From Clostridiaceae bacterium (GTDB taxonomy: Bacteria; Bacillota; Clostridia; Christensenellales; CAG-138): DNA of 64,000 bases. Shown here piece after piece: positions 49,539 to 60,091 of the stretch (position 1 is its first letter; every line of letters begins with the position of its first letter). Both the position numbers and the translations under genes were made by a program. The notes below the pieces were generated by a model. It was not told the origin of the DNA. It saw nothing but the letters and a program-made list of their open reading frames with translations, and searched no databases. The stretch spans positions 527 to 64,526 of the forward strand of contig JBDKRL010000008.1 in assembly GCA_039683415.1 (NCBI GenBank), read 5' to 3'.

Positions 49539-50870
49539 TTGGGAGATTACCTGCCCAATACGGAAGAACAGCGGCGGGAAATGCTGAGCGCCGTCGGCGT
49601 TTCAAGCGTTGGCGAGCTGTATGCCGATATTCCCGCGTCCCTGCGGGAGAGCGCGGCAAAGGCCGCCGCGGAACTGCCCAAAGGCGTTTCGGAATTCGAA
49701 GCGCTGGAACACCTGAAAACCCTGTCCAAAAAGAACGTCGTCTACGACGCGATCTTTCGCGGCGCGGGTGCGTACTGGCACTATATCCCGCCCGTGGTGA
49801 GCCGCGTTGCCGCAAAGGAAGCGTTTGTCACCGCGTATACGCCCTACCAACCGGAGATCAGTCAGGGCATTCTGCAGACGATTTTCGAATACCAAACCAT
49901 GATTGCCGAACTCACGGGTATGGACGCTTCCAACGCTTCCGTTTACGACGGCGCGGTGGCGGCGGCGGAAGCCGCCAGCATGTGCCGCGAGCGCAACCGC
50001 AAAAAAACGCTCGTTTCGCTGGGGCTTCACCCCGAGTCGATCGAAACCGTGAACACCTATTGCTTCGGCGCGGACGAACCGGTTGAAACCCTGCCGCTGA
50101 AAAACGGCGCGGTCGATCTGACCGCGCTCAAAGCCGCGCTGGATGAAACGGTGTCCGGCGTGCTCATTCAGTCGCCCAACTTCTACGGCGTGATCGAGGA
50201 CGTTTCCGCCATTGCGGAGATCGTCCACGCGGCGGGCGCAAAGCTCGTTGTGAGCACAAACCCCATCGCCTGCGCGCTGATCAAAACGCCGGGCGAGTGC
50301 GGCGCGGACGCCGCCATTGGAGAAGGCCAGCCGCTGGGCATGCCGCTGAGCTTCGGCGGGCCGTACCTTGGGTTTATGGCCTGCAAAAAGGACATGATCC
50401 GCAAACTGCCCGGCCGTATCGTCGGCCAAACTTCGGACGCGCAAGGTCGCAGATGTTTTGTACTCACCCTGCAGGCGCGCGAGCAGCACATTCGCCGTGA
50501 AAAGGCGAGCAGCAACATCTGCTCGAATCAGGCGCTCTGCGCGCTGACCGCGGCGGCGTACTGTTCCGCCATGGGGCCGCAGGGGATAACGGAAGTTGCG
50601 CGCCAGTGTTACGACAAGGCGCATGCGCTTGCGGAAGGGCTTGGCGGCGTTAAAGGCTATCAACTGCTTTATCCAAACGCGCCATTTTTTCATGAATTCG
50701 TCACCAAAACGTCTGCTTCGGCGGAAAAAGTTCTTATCTCGCTCGCAAAAAAAGGCATTCTGGGCGGTTTGCCCGTTGACGGCGGCATCCTCTGGTGCGC
50801 CACGGAGCGTACAACGAAAGCGCAGATCGACGCGGTGATCGAGACGGCAAAGGAGGCGGCAACGAAATGA
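49539..50870 (+). CDS. gcvPA: Glycine dehydrogenase (decarboxylating) subunit 1
   Basis: YTPYQPEISQG and REQHIRREKASSNICSNQAL motifs. Confidence 0.97.
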   Translation: MGDYLPNTEEQRREMLSAVGVSSVGELYADIPASLRESAAKAAAELPKGVSEFEALEHLKTLSKKNVVYDAIFRGAGAYWHYIPPVVSRVAAKEAFVTAYTPYQPEISQGILQTIFEYQTMIAELTGMDASNASVYDGAVAAAEAASMCRERNRKKTLVSLGLHPESIETVNTYCFGADEPVETLPLKNGAVDLTALKAALDETVSGVLIQSPNFYGVIEDVSAIAEIVHAAGAKLVVSTNPIACALIKTPGECGADAAIGEGQPLGMPLSFGGPYLGFMACKKDMIRKLPGRIVGQTSDAQGRRCFVLTLQAREQHIRREKASSNICSNQALCALTAAAYCSAMGPQGITEVARQCYDKAHALAEGLGGVKGYQLLYPNAPFFHEFVTKTSASAEKVLISLAKKGILGGLPVDGGILWCATERTTKAQIDAVIETAKEAATK

Positions 50871-52318
50871 AACTCGCATTTGAACGCAGCGTTCCCGGAC
50901 GCGTTGGCTGCCGCATTCCCGCTTCGGGCGTGAAGAGCGCCGCTCTGCCGGAGTCGCTGCTCCGTAAATCTCCACTGCACTTACCGGAGCTTTCGGAAAC
51001 GGATGTCAGCCGCCATTATTCCGAGCTGGAACAGCAGGTGTACGGCGTCAACGACGGATTCTACCCGCTCGGCTCCTGCACCATGAAATACAACCCCGCC
51101 GTCAACGAGCAAGCGGCGTCGCTGGAAGGCTTTACCGCCGTCCATCCCCTTCAGCCGGTGGAAACTGTGCAGGGGAGTTTGGAAGCGCTGGCGGAAACGG
51201 CGGAACTGCTCAGCAAGCTCGTCGGCATGGACGAGATGACCTTCCAGCCCGCGGCGGGCGCGCACGGCGAACTGCTGGGCTTACTGCTCATCAAGGCGTA
51301 TCATCAGGCGCGTGGAAACGACGGCCGCAGGCAGATTATCGTGCCGGATTCCGCGCACGGAACCAACCCCGCCTCGGCGGCGATGGCGGGCTTTACGGTG
51401 GTCAACATCCCCTCCGCGCCGGATGGAACGGTCGATCTCGACGCGCTGAAAAACGCGGTCAGTACGGAGACGGCGGGGCTGATGCTCACCAACCCCAATA
51501 CGCTGGGCGTATTCGACCGTAACATCCTGGAAATCACCAGAATCGTCCACGACGCGGGCGGCCTCTGCTATTACGACGGCGCGAACATGAACGCCATCAT
51601 GGGCTCCGCACGTCCCGGTGACATGGGCTTCGACGTGGTGCACCTCAACCTGCATAAGACGTTCTCTACACCGCATGGCGGCGGCGGCCCCGGCGCGGGC
51701 GCGGTGGGCTGCAAAACAATCCTCGCGCCGTACCTGCCGAACGGTCTGCCGGTCAAGCTGGCGGACGGAACGTTTGGTCTGCGCAACTCCGAACAGAGCG
51801 TCGGGCGCATGAAAGCGTTTTACGGCAATTTCCTCGTTGTCATCCGCGCGCTGTGCTATATCAAGACGCTCGGCGGAGAAGGACTCAAGCAGGCCAGCGA
51901 AAACGCGGTGCTCAACGCCAACTACCTGCGCGTGCTCTTAAAGGACAGCTGCCCGGTTGCCACGGCGGGATTCTGCATGCACGAGTTCGTGCTCTCGCTG
52001 GAACAACTCAAAAAGGAAACGGGCGTTTCCGCCATGGACGCGGCAAAGACCATGATCGACTTTGGCATGCACCCGCCGACGATGTATTTTCCGCTCATCG
52101 TGCACGAAGCGCTCATGTTTGAGCCCACGGAGACCGAGGGGAAGGAAACGCTGGATGCTGCGGCGGAAGCGGTCAAGGCGATCCTCGCGCTGGCGAAAAC
52201 CGATCCGGAGAAACTGCACGGCGCGCCGCACTCGACCCCCATCGGTCGGCCGGACGAAGTTGGCGCGGCAAGGAATCCTATGTTACGGTACGAATTTTCG
52301 GAGGGCGAAACAAAATGA
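50867..52318 (+). CDS. gcvPB: Glycine dehydrogenase (decarboxylating) subunit 2
   Basis: LGSCTMKYNP and HLNLHKTFSTPHGGGGPG (PLP Lys). Confidence 0.97.
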   Translation: MKLAFERSVPGRVGCRIPASGVKSAALPESLLRKSPLHLPELSETDVSRHYSELEQQVYGVNDGFYPLGSCTMKYNPAVNEQAASLEGFTAVHPLQPVETVQGSLEALAETAELLSKLVGMDEMTFQPAAGAHGELLGLLLIKAYHQARGNDGRRQIIVPDSAHGTNPASAAMAGFTVVNIPSAPDGTVDLDALKNAVSTETAGLMLTNPNTLGVFDRNILEITRIVHDAGGLCYYDGANMNAIMGSARPGDMGFDVVHLNLHKTFSTPHGGGGPGAGAVGCKTILAPYLPNGLPVKLADGTFGLRNSEQSVGRMKAFYGNFLVVIRALCYIKTLGGEGLKQASENAVLNANYLRVLLKDSCPVATAGFCMHEFVLSLEQLKKETGVSAMDAAKTMIDFGMHPPTMYFPLIVHEALMFEPTETEGKETLDAAAEAVKAILALAKTDPEKLHGAPHSTPIGRPDEVGAARNPMLRYEFSEGETK

Positions 52319-54975
52319 GCGAAGCAAGCGAATTAAAACGCACGGTATTATACGACCGCCATGTGGCTGCGGGCGCGACCATGGTGGACTTTGGCGGCTG
52401 GGAGATGCCGATCCAGTACCCTTCCGGTATTGTGGAAGAGCATCTGGCCACCCGTTCCGGCTGCGGCGTTTTTGACGTTTCCCACATGGGGCGCTTCCGC
52501 ATTACGGGCAGGGAAGCAAAGGCGTTTCTGCAGCATGTGCTTAGCAGCAACGTTTCCGCGCTGGACATGGAGCAGGCGCAGTACGCGCTGATTCCCAACG
52601 CGTCCGGCGGCGCGGTGGACGACGCATACCTCTACCGTTTTTATGAGGACGCCTACATCCTCGTGGTCAACGCGTCCAACGCCCAGAAGGATTGGGCGCA
52701 CCTGACAAGCGCGATCAAAGGATTTGACGCGCAGATTGAAGATAAAAGCGAAGATGTCGCGCTCATCTCCGTGCAGGGGCCGAAATCGAAGGAAATCCTG
52801 AGCGAAATGGCGGACGGCGAGAAGCTCACCGAACCGGTGAAAAACGCGCTGGGCACGGCCAAGCTCTGCGGGCGCACGGCGCACCTTTCCAAGACCGGCT
52901 ACACGGGCGAACCCATCGGTTACGAGGTGTTCGTTCTGCGCGAAGACGCGGCGTTCCTCTGGGACGAGCTGCTCAAACGCGGCGCAAAGCCCATCGGCCT
53001 CGGCGCGCGCGATACGCTGCGTCTGGAAGCGGGTCTGCCGCTCTACGGCCACGAACTGGGAACGGATAAGGACGGAAACGAAATCCCGATCTTCGCCATC
53101 TCGCTGGCGCGCTTTGCCGTGAGCTTTTCGGAAGAGAAGCGCTCTATGATCGGACGTAAACCGCTGGAAGAACAGTTTGCGGCGAGCAACCGCATCCTCA
53201 ACCGGGATTTTTCCGACCTTTCGGTTCTGCCGCGCCGGGTGCGTCCCATCGCGCTGACCGGCAGGGGCGTGCTGCGCGGGGGATTTCCCGTCTACAAAAA
53301 CGGAAAAGAGATCGGCTACGTGACCAGCGGTACCATGGTGCCGCGTTATACGGTAGAAAATCAGGGCAGCCTGCTCGAAAAATTCACCGACCAGAAGGCG
53401 CTGCGCTCCATCGGTCTGGCGCTGCTGGATTCGGACGTGCTCACGGACGACGTGGTGGAGGTCGATATCCGCGGCAGCCGCGTTTCCGCCGTAGTGGTCA
53501 ACTACCATATGCGCGGGGACGCGCCGCCTTATGCGCGGCCCATCGTCTGCGACGTTCCGGAAGAACCCAAGGCCGAACCTTCCGCCAATCTTCCTCTCAG
53601 CGCGCTGACGCTGCTTAGGAAGGGGCTAAAAAATCACGTCTGGCGGCAGGAGCAGTGCGTCAACCTGATTCCGTCGGAAATGACCGCTTCCCGCGCGGTG
53701 CGCCTGCTATCAAGCAGCGATCCTTCGTTCCGGTACGCCGAGCATAAACAGGTCGCCTCATTCTACGATCACGACGTGTTCTACTATCAGGGCACAAAGT
53801 TTATCGACGAAGTCGAGCGCGCGCTGGTTGCCGAAATGCGCAAGTACCTTGGCTGCGCGGAGGTGGAAACGCGCGTGGTCAGCGGGCAGATGTCCAACGC
53901 CACGGTGTTTTCCGCGCTGATGGACTACGTCAACCGCACCGACCGCAAGCGCACGCCGCGCAGGCTCGGTTACATTCTCAACAACCACATCCGCAACGGC
54001 GGGCATTTGAGCGCGCAGCCCATGGGCGCTCTCCACGACTTTGTCGCCGTCGATCCGCAAACCGAGCGCTCGGCGGTGGTCAATTTCCCCGTCTGCCGGG
54101 ACAACGTATTCAAAATTGACGTGGAGCAAACCAAGAAGGTCGTCGAACAGTACCGCCCGGAGTTCATCGTGTTCGGCAAATCCATGGTGCTCCATAAGGA
54201 GCCCGTGCGCGAGATTCGCGCGTTTGTGGACGAGATGAAGATTCCGACCACGATCATGTACGACATGGCGCATGTGCTCGGCCTTGTCGGCCCGCATTTC
54301 CAAAAGCCGTTCGAGGAAGGCGCGGAGATCGTCACCGGCTCGACGCATAAAACGTTCTTTGGCCCCCAGCGCGGCGTGATCGGCGTGAACTACACCGAGG
54401 ACGAACTCAAATACGACCTCTGGAAAGCGATTCAGACGCGCGCGTTCCCGGGCGCTGTGAGCAACCACCATCTCGGCACGATGCTGGGATTGCTGATGGC
54501 GGCGTACGAAATGAATGCATTCGGCGACGCGTACCAGAAAGCCGTCGTCGAAAACGCCAAGTCGTTTGCCGCGAGCCTCAAAGCGGCGGGGCTGGATGTT
54601 GCGGGTGATCCCGCCATCGGCTACACCGAGACGCATCAGGTCGTCGTCCGCGTGGGCTACGGCCAGGGGCCGGAGATTGCCGAACGGCTGGAAGAGAACA
54701 ACATTGTCGTCAACTATCAGGCGACGCCCGAGGAGGAGGGCTTTACCGCGAGCGGCGCGCTGCGCCTCGGTGTTTCCGAGATGACGCGCTTCGGCTTTGG
54801 CAAGGCGGAGTTTGAACGGCTCGCGCACCTGATGGCGGACTGCGTGCTGCGCAATAAACCCGTTGCCGGGGAAGTGACAAAGCTCCGTGCGGGCTATACA
54901 ACGCTTGGATACTGCTTTAACGACGCGGAGGTTACCCAGGCGCTCGACGCGCTCAGCGCACAGAGCGGCATGTAA
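52315..54975 (+). CDS. gcvT: Fused aminomethyltransferase GcvT + serine hydroxymethyltransferase (GlyA)
   Basis: N-part has FDVSHMG, TGYTGE and GLGARDTLRLEAG; C-part has NLIPSE, GGHLS, YDMAHVLG and GSTHKTFFGPQRG; one uninterrupted 886-aa frame. Confidence 0.93.
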   Translation: MSEASELKRTVLYDRHVAAGATMVDFGGWEMPIQYPSGIVEEHLATRSGCGVFDVSHMGRFRITGREAKAFLQHVLSSNVSALDMEQAQYALIPNASGGAVDDAYLYRFYEDAYILVVNASNAQKDWAHLTSAIKGFDAQIEDKSEDVALISVQGPKSKEILSEMADGEKLTEPVKNALGTAKLCGRTAHLSKTGYTGEPIGYEVFVLREDAAFLWDELLKRGAKPIGLGARDTLRLEAGLPLYGHELGTDKDGNEIPIFAISLARFAVSFSEEKRSMIGRKPLEEQFAASNRILNRDFSDLSVLPRRVRPIALTGRGVLRGGFPVYKNGKEIGYVTSGTMVPRYTVENQGSLLEKFTDQKALRSIGLALLDSDVLTDDVVEVDIRGSRVSAVVVNYHMRGDAPPYARPIVCDVPEEPKAEPSANLPLSALTLLRKGLKNHVWRQEQCVNLIPSEMTASRAVRLLSSSDPSFRYAEHKQVASFYDHDVFYYQGTKFIDEVERALVAEMRKYLGCAEVETRVVSGQMSNATVFSALMDYVNRTDRKRTPRRLGYILNNHIRNGGHLSAQPMGALHDFVAVDPQTERSAVVNFPVCRDNVFKIDVEQTKKVVEQYRPEFIVFGKSMVLHKEPVREIRAFVDEMKIPTTIMYDMAHVLGLVGPHFQKPFEEGAEIVTGSTHKTFFGPQRGVIGVNYTEDELKYDLWKAIQTRAFPGAVSNHHLGTMLGLLMAAYEMNAFGDAYQKAVVENAKSFAASLKAAGLDVAGDPAIGYTETHQVVVRVGYGQGPEIAERLEENNIVVNYQATPEEEGFTASGALRLGVSEMTRFGFGKAEFERLAHLMADCVLRNKPVAGEVTKLRAGYTTLGYCFNDAEVTQALDALSAQSGM

Positions 54976-54997
54976 AAAACATACCAAACACAAGTGG

Positions 54998-55034
54998 CCG
55001 CCCGCCGGAACGAAAAATTCGGCGGGCGGGTTTT
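54998..55034 (+). terminator. Terminator after gcvT-glyA
   Basis: CCGCCCGCCGGA...TTCGGCGGGCGGGTTTT. Confidence 0.8.
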
Positions 55035-55169
55035 CGCTCGAATCGATGGATTTTATATTGTTGCTAAAGCGTTGAAAAGCACGCGGGAACGTTCTACAGT
55101 ATAGGAAGGGCAACAAGTCTTATTAAAATGTTGATTCAGACAAATTCTGCAAACGGAGGGCTGATCGAT

Positions 55170-56225
55170 ATGATTCCGGCCTATATGCACGCGCTGGTCA
55201 AGGAAACCGCTGGAAAAGGGCTGACGCTCAAGCAGGTGAAAACGCCCGTACCGGGCATTGGGGAAGTGCTCATCAAGATCCACAAAACCGCCATCTGCGG
55301 AACGGACGTCCATATTTACAACTGGGACGCATGGAGCCAGAAGACGATTCTGCCGCCCATGACGATCGGCCATGAGTACGTTGGCGAAATCGCGGTGCTC
55401 GGCCCCGGCGTGGAGGACTATCACGTCGGCCAGATCGTCACCGGCGAAGGGCACATCGTCTGCGGGCACTGCCGCAACTGCCGCGCGGGCAACGGACACT
55501 GGTGCAAGTTTACCAAGGGCGTGGGCGTCAACCGCGATGGCGCGTTTGCCGAATACCTTTGCATTCCGGAAACGAACGTCATCGCCGTGCCGGAGACCAC
55601 ACCGGAGGAAATCGTCGCGTTCTACGACGCGTACGGCAACGCCTGCCATACGGCGACCATGTTCGACGTCACCGGCGAGGACGTGCTCATCACCGGCGCG
55701 GGGCCGATCGGCATGATGGCGGTCGGTATCTGCCGCCAGAACGGGGCAAGGCGCATCGTCGTGACGGACGTCAACGACTACCGCCTCGACATCGCTAAAA
55801 AGATGGGAGCCTCCGCAACCGTCAACCTCAAAACCCAGTCCGTCGAGGAAACGATGAAGCAGCTGCATATCGTCGAGGGCTTCGACGTCGGCTGCGAGAT
55901 GAGCGGCAACGGCGCGGCGCTCAACCAGATGCTCAAGCTCATGCGAAACGGCGGCAAAGTGGCGCTGCTGGGCATCGCGGGGCCGGGCACAGTGATCGAC
56001 TGGAACGACGTGATCTTTAAAGGATTGACATTGCAGGGCATATACGGACGCAAGATGTACGAAACCTGGTACAAGATGATGGCCATGGTCGAAGCGGGGC
56101 TCGACCTTTCACCGGTGCTGACCCACCGCTATCCCTATACGGAGTTTGAGGAAGCGTTTTCCGTGATGAACAGCGGCCAGAGCGGCAAGGTTGTTCTGGA
56201 CTGGACGCAGAAGGAGGGCGCATGA
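55170..56225 (+). CDS. tdh: L-threonine 3-dehydrogenase
   Basis: [22 protein letters not shown] and [14 protein letters not shown] motifs; upstream of kbl. Confidence 0.95.
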   Translation: MIPAYMHALVKETAGKGLTLKQVKTPVPGIGEVLIKIHKTAICGTDVHIYNWDAWSQKTILPPMTIGHEYVGEIAVLGPGVEDYHVGQIVTGEGHIVCGHCRNCRAGNGHWCKFTKGVGVNRDGAFAEYLCIPETNVIAVPETTPEEIVAFYDAYGNACHTATMFDVTGEDVLITGAGPIGMMAVGICRQNGARRIVVTDVNDYRLDIAKKMGASATVNLKTQSVEETMKQLHIVEGFDVGCEMSGNGAALNQMLKLMRNGGKVALLGIAGPGTVIDWNDVIFKGLTLQGIYGRKMYETWYKMMAMVEAGLDLSPVLTHRYPYTEFEEAFSVMNSGQSGKVVLDWTQKEGA

Positions 56226-57406
56226 CAAAACTGGCATATGAACTCTACCGCACCACGCTGGAGGAAATCCGCGCGGCGGGCACCTATAAGCAGGAGCGCA
56301 TCATCACGACCCCGCAGGGCGCGCGCGTGGACACCACGACGTCGAAACGGGTACTCAACATGTGCGCCAACAACTATCTGGGGCTGGCGGACAATCCGGA
56401 AATCGAAACGGCGGCAAAACAGGCGCTCGATACCTGGGGCTACGGGCTTTCTTCCGTGCGGTTCATCTGCGGCACGCAGGGCATCCATAAGGAACTGGAG
56501 CGCAGGATTGCTCGCTTCCTCGGCATGGAGGATGCCATTCTCTACTCCTCCTGCTTCGACGCCAACGGCGGCCTGTTTGAAACGCTTTTAACCGATCAGG
56601 ACGCGGTGATTTCGGACGAACTCAACCATGCGAGCATCATCGACGGCGTTCGCCTCTGCAAGGCCGCGCGGTTCCGCTATAAGAACAACGACATGGTGAG
56701 CCTCCGCGAACAGCTGGAAGCGGCAAAGTCCTGCCGCATCAAGCTCATCGCCACCGACGGGGTGTTCTCGATGGACGGCTACATCGCCAACCTCAAGGGC
56801 ATCTGCGACCTTGCGGACGAGTACGGCGCGCTGGTCATGGTGGACGACAGCCATGCCGTCGGCTTCATGGGCGAGCGCGGGCGCGGCACGCCGGAATACT
56901 GCGGCGTTCAGGGGCGCGTGGATATCGTCACCGGCACGCTCGGCAAGGCGCTGGGCGGGGCAAGCGGCGGCTACACGGCGGCAAGAAAAGAGATTGTCGA
57001 CCTGCTGCGGCAGCGTTCGCGGCCATATTTATTCTCCAACACCGTGGCTCCCGTGATCTGCGGGGCGAGCCTGAAAGTGCTGGACTTACTGGAAGGTTCC
57101 ACAGCGCTGCGCGACAAACTGCAGGAGAACACGCGGTATTTCCGCGAGAACCTCGGCAAGCTTGGTTTCGACGTGCTGCCCGGCGAACACCCGATCGTGC
57201 CGGTGATGCTGTACGAGGCAAAAACCGCGCAGGAGTTCGCCGCGCGGATGCTCGAAAAGGGCGTCTACGTCGTGGGCTTTTGCTATCCCGTGGTGCCGAT
57301 GGGCAAAGCGCGCATCCGCACGCAGGTTTCCGCTGCGCACAGCAAGGAAGACCTCGATTTTGCCGTGTCGTGCTTTGCGGACGTCAAGCGCGAGATGGGG
57401 CTGTAA
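56222..57406 (+). CDS. kbl: Glycine C-acetyltransferase (2-amino-3-ketobutyrate CoA ligase)
   Basis: [37 protein letters not shown] and ARIRTQVSA motifs. Confidence 0.97.
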   Translation: MTKLAYELYRTTLEEIRAAGTYKQERIITTPQGARVDTTTSKRVLNMCANNYLGLADNPEIETAAKQALDTWGYGLSSVRFICGTQGIHKELERRIARFLGMEDAILYSSCFDANGGLFETLLTDQDAVISDELNHASIIDGVRLCKAARFRYKNNDMVSLREQLEAAKSCRIKLIATDGVFSMDGYIANLKGICDLADEYGALVMVDDSHAVGFMGERGRGTPEYCGVQGRVDIVTGTLGKALGGASGGYTAARKEIVDLLRQRSRPYLFSNTVAPVICGASLKVLDLLEGSTALRDKLQENTRYFRENLGKLGFDVLPGEHPIVPVMLYEAKTAQEFAARMLEKGVYVVGFCYPVVPMGKARIRTQVSAAHSKEDLDFAVSCFADVKREMGL

Positions 57407-57436
57407 CATTGAGAGATACCAACAGAACAACAACGT

Positions 57437-57467
57437 AAAAAAAGGCTGCCGTCAAGGCAGTCTTTTT
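57437..57467. terminator. Bidirectional terminator between kbl and the convergent gene
   Basis: AAAAAAAGGCTGCC-GTCAA-GGCAGTCTTTTT. Confidence 0.75.
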
Positions 57468-57489
57468 GATGATACCGCGTGAAAAAACG

Positions 57490-58908
57490 CTACTCGCTCT
57501 TCTGCATCCGGAAGACGAATCCTGCGGTAAACAGAAACCAGACCCAGATGACGTTGAGCGAAATCTCAACAAACAGGAACGCTTCCATCATGGTTTCCGG
57601 CAGGGCAAACAGCAGCAGCGCGGGCATCAGCCGGACGCCGAGCGAGTCCGCATCCTTGAGGTTGGTAAACGAGAGCTTCGCGCTGGCAATGGCGAGCAGT
57701 ACGAGAAACGCCAGAATGACGACAACTCCGGGAATGCCGAACGAAACGAGCGACGCAAGATAGGTATTATGAAAATTGCCAACCGGCGAGCCTTTTGGGA
57801 AATATTGCGCCATGATACTGCTGGAAAGCAGCGGCGTTGCCCCCGTGAGCAGCAGATCCGGGTGCTCCGAAAGCCCCTTGAGCGTGCCGAGCCAGATGTC
57901 CGTTCTTCCGCTGAACGTATCGGCGTTGGTCATTCCCCGGGAAGCGGCTTCTTCGGCTGCCGTTTCTGCCGTTTTTGCGGAAGCAGCGGTTTCCGCGGCG
58001 GTTTCGGCGGATGCGACATACCCGTTGTAAGCCGCGCGGACCAGACTGATGCCGATGACAAACGCGCAAAGAATCAACAGAGCCGCAACGGCACTAATGA
58101 GCACGCGCGCAAACGAATGCTTGATCCGGGTAAAAGACACGTTGGCGAAAAGGAAAATTTCCAGCGCCACGCCGATGCTTGCGCTGAAGATGCCGGTGCG
58201 GCTGTCCGTCAGCGCCATGGTGCAGTAAAACAGCGCTATGCCGAAAATCAGAAGGACTTTTAAGAACCATTTTCTGGTGCGCGTAAAGAGATAGCCGGAC
58301 AAAAGGATCGCGGTGCCGCAGATGGGAGCTACGGTGTTGGGGTGAACGAGCAGATACAGCCTGCCTTCCGAACTGATACCGAACTTGCCCAGATTCGTGA
58401 TTGCTTCGGGTACAGCGCACCCCGACAAAACGACGTACAGCCCTGCGGCGCAGAGCGCGGCGGCGCAGACGAGCATGACAACGGCGAACACGGAGAGCGC
58501 CTTTTTCAGCGTTTCTTTATCAAACGCGTAGGGAAGCGAAAAGCAGAGGAACGTGCTGGCGCACACGCAGTAAAACCAGGGGCTTGTCAGGGCGTTCTTC
58601 AGCCGCCAGTTGTTGAGGATCAAACCGACCATCATCCAAACGAACAGCGCCGCCATGATGCGGACTTCCGCATACTTAAAATACGGACGCGTATAGAGCA
58701 GCAGCGCAAGTACGCCCATGGACGCGGGAAAGAGCACGAACGCAAGCAGCATATTGCTGTATAGGGGCGCAAAAAAGTGATATACGCTGATAACGATGCA
58801 GCAGACGAACGCAATGGAAGCCGGGAGCTGCCAGGAAAGAAGGCCGATTTTTGCGTCGGCGGTATTACCATTTGGGAGGGATTGCGGAGCAGAAGTCGTT
58901 TTTTTCAT
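57490..58908 (-). CDS. O-antigen ligase (Wzy_C) family polytopic membrane protein
   Basis: Many TM segments; HPNT, TDSRTG, SGRTDIW and FHNTYL..LVSFGIPG motifs. Confidence 0.85.
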   Translation of the reverse strand: MKKTTSAPQSLPNGNTADAKIGLLSWQLPASIAFVCCIVISVYHFFAPLYSNMLLAFVLFPASMGVLALLLYTRPYFKYAEVRIMAALFVWMMVGLILNNWRLKNALTSPWFYCVCASTFLCFSLPYAFDKETLKKALSVFAVVMLVCAAALCAAGLYVVLSGCAVPEAITNLGKFGISSEGRLYLLVHPNTVAPICGTAILLSGYLFTRTRKWFLKVLLIFGIALFYCTMALTDSRTGIFSASIGVALEIFLFANVSFTRIKHSFARVLISAVAALLILCAFVIGISLVRAAYNGYVASAETAAETAASAKTAETAAEEAASRGMTNADTFSGRTDIWLGTLKGLSEHPDLLLTGATPLLSSSIMAQYFPKGSPVGNFHNTYLASLVSFGIPGVVVILAFLVLLAIASAKLSFTNLKDADSLGVRLMPALLLFALPETMMEAFLFVEISLNVIWVWFLFTAGFVFRMQKSE

Positions 58909-59191
58909 GATCCATATCCTTATGTGAATGATCGTTTCGTAACAATTGGATGCTGCGGCAGACTTCGCCGGCCCATGCGCTGCAACCTGCTTGATGTTAC
59001 ACCGAACAGGCGCTTGCGTCAAGGCGAAAACAAAGATTGGCTGTTCTGCGTGGTGAATTTACATCAATCCAAGGTTTGCGGGCGCAAAAAAAGACTCGCT
59101 GTTTTCGAAACCGCTGACGCATAAGCGAAAACGTGGCGCGGAAACGTGGCGAATCTTTTTTATCCCGGCGTGTGGGCCTGGAGTAAATCGG

Positions 59192-60034
59192 CTATTTTTT
59201 CAGCAGTTCTTCGAGCTCGTCGGCGAGACCGTTCAGCCAGTCGCCCTCAAACAGTTCGATGAGCCCCGCGTCGCAGGCGGTGGCGAGTTCTTTTTGCATC
59301 GGCAGTTCGGCCACGGAGCAAATGCCAAACGACTTGGCGATTTCGTCAAGCGTGCTTTCGCCAAAGGGGCGGATCACGGTTTTGCATCCCGGGCAGACGA
59401 CATAGCTCATGTTCTGTACGAGCGCGAGCACGGGAATTTTCATCAGCGCTGCCATGCGCACCGCTTTTTCAACGATCATGCTGACAAGCTGCTGGGGAGA
59501 GGTGACCACCACGATGCCGTCGACGGGGATCGACTGGAAGACCGTCAGCGGCACGTCCCCTGTGCCCGGCGGCATATCGATGAACATAAAGTCCACATCG
59601 CCCCAGATGACGTCCGTCCAGAACTGCTTGACGGTTCCGGCGATAATCGGCCCGCGCCAGACGACGGGGTCGGTTTCGTTTTCGAGCAGCAGGTTCATGC
59701 TCATGACCTCTACGCCGGTCTTGCTTACTTCGGGAAAGATCCCCTGATCGGAGCCGGAGGCGCGTTCGTGCAGCCCAAACGCCTGCGGGATGGAAGGCCC
59801 GGTCACGTCCGCGTCCAGGATGGCGGTTTTATAACCACGGCGGCGCAGCAGTACCGCGAGCATGGAGGTGACGATGGACTTGCCGACGCCACCCTTGCCG
59901 CTCACAACGCCGATCACGCAGCGCACGTGCGAGAGCGCGTTGAGGGGTTCGTGCAGGTCGGTTTTTTCGCGGTCGGCGCAGCTGGCCGAACAGCTGGAGC
60001 AGTCGTGGGTGCAGTTTTCGCTAGTTTCACTCAT
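59192..60034 (-). CDS. Mrp/NBP35 family Fe-S cluster carrier ATPase
   Basis: N-terminal CTHDCSSC, SGKGGVGKS, VVWRGP, DMPPGTGD and CPGC motifs. Confidence 0.93.
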   Translation of the reverse strand: MSETSENCTHDCSSCSASCADREKTDLHEPLNALSHVRCVIGVVSGKGGVGKSIVTSMLAVLLRRRGYKTAILDADVTGPSIPQAFGLHERASGSDQGIFPEVSKTGVEVMSMNLLLENETDPVVWRGPIIAGTVKQFWTDVIWGDVDFMFIDMPPGTGDVPLTVFQSIPVDGIVVVTSPQQLVSMIVEKAVRMAALMKIPVLALVQNMSYVVCPGCKTVIRPFGESTLDEIAKSFGICSVAELPMQKELATACDAGLIELFEGDWLNGLADELEELLKK

Positions 60035-60091
60035 GATTCAGAGGTTCTCCGTTATACTAATGGTAGATTTGCCTGATGAGCCGGCGTTTTC

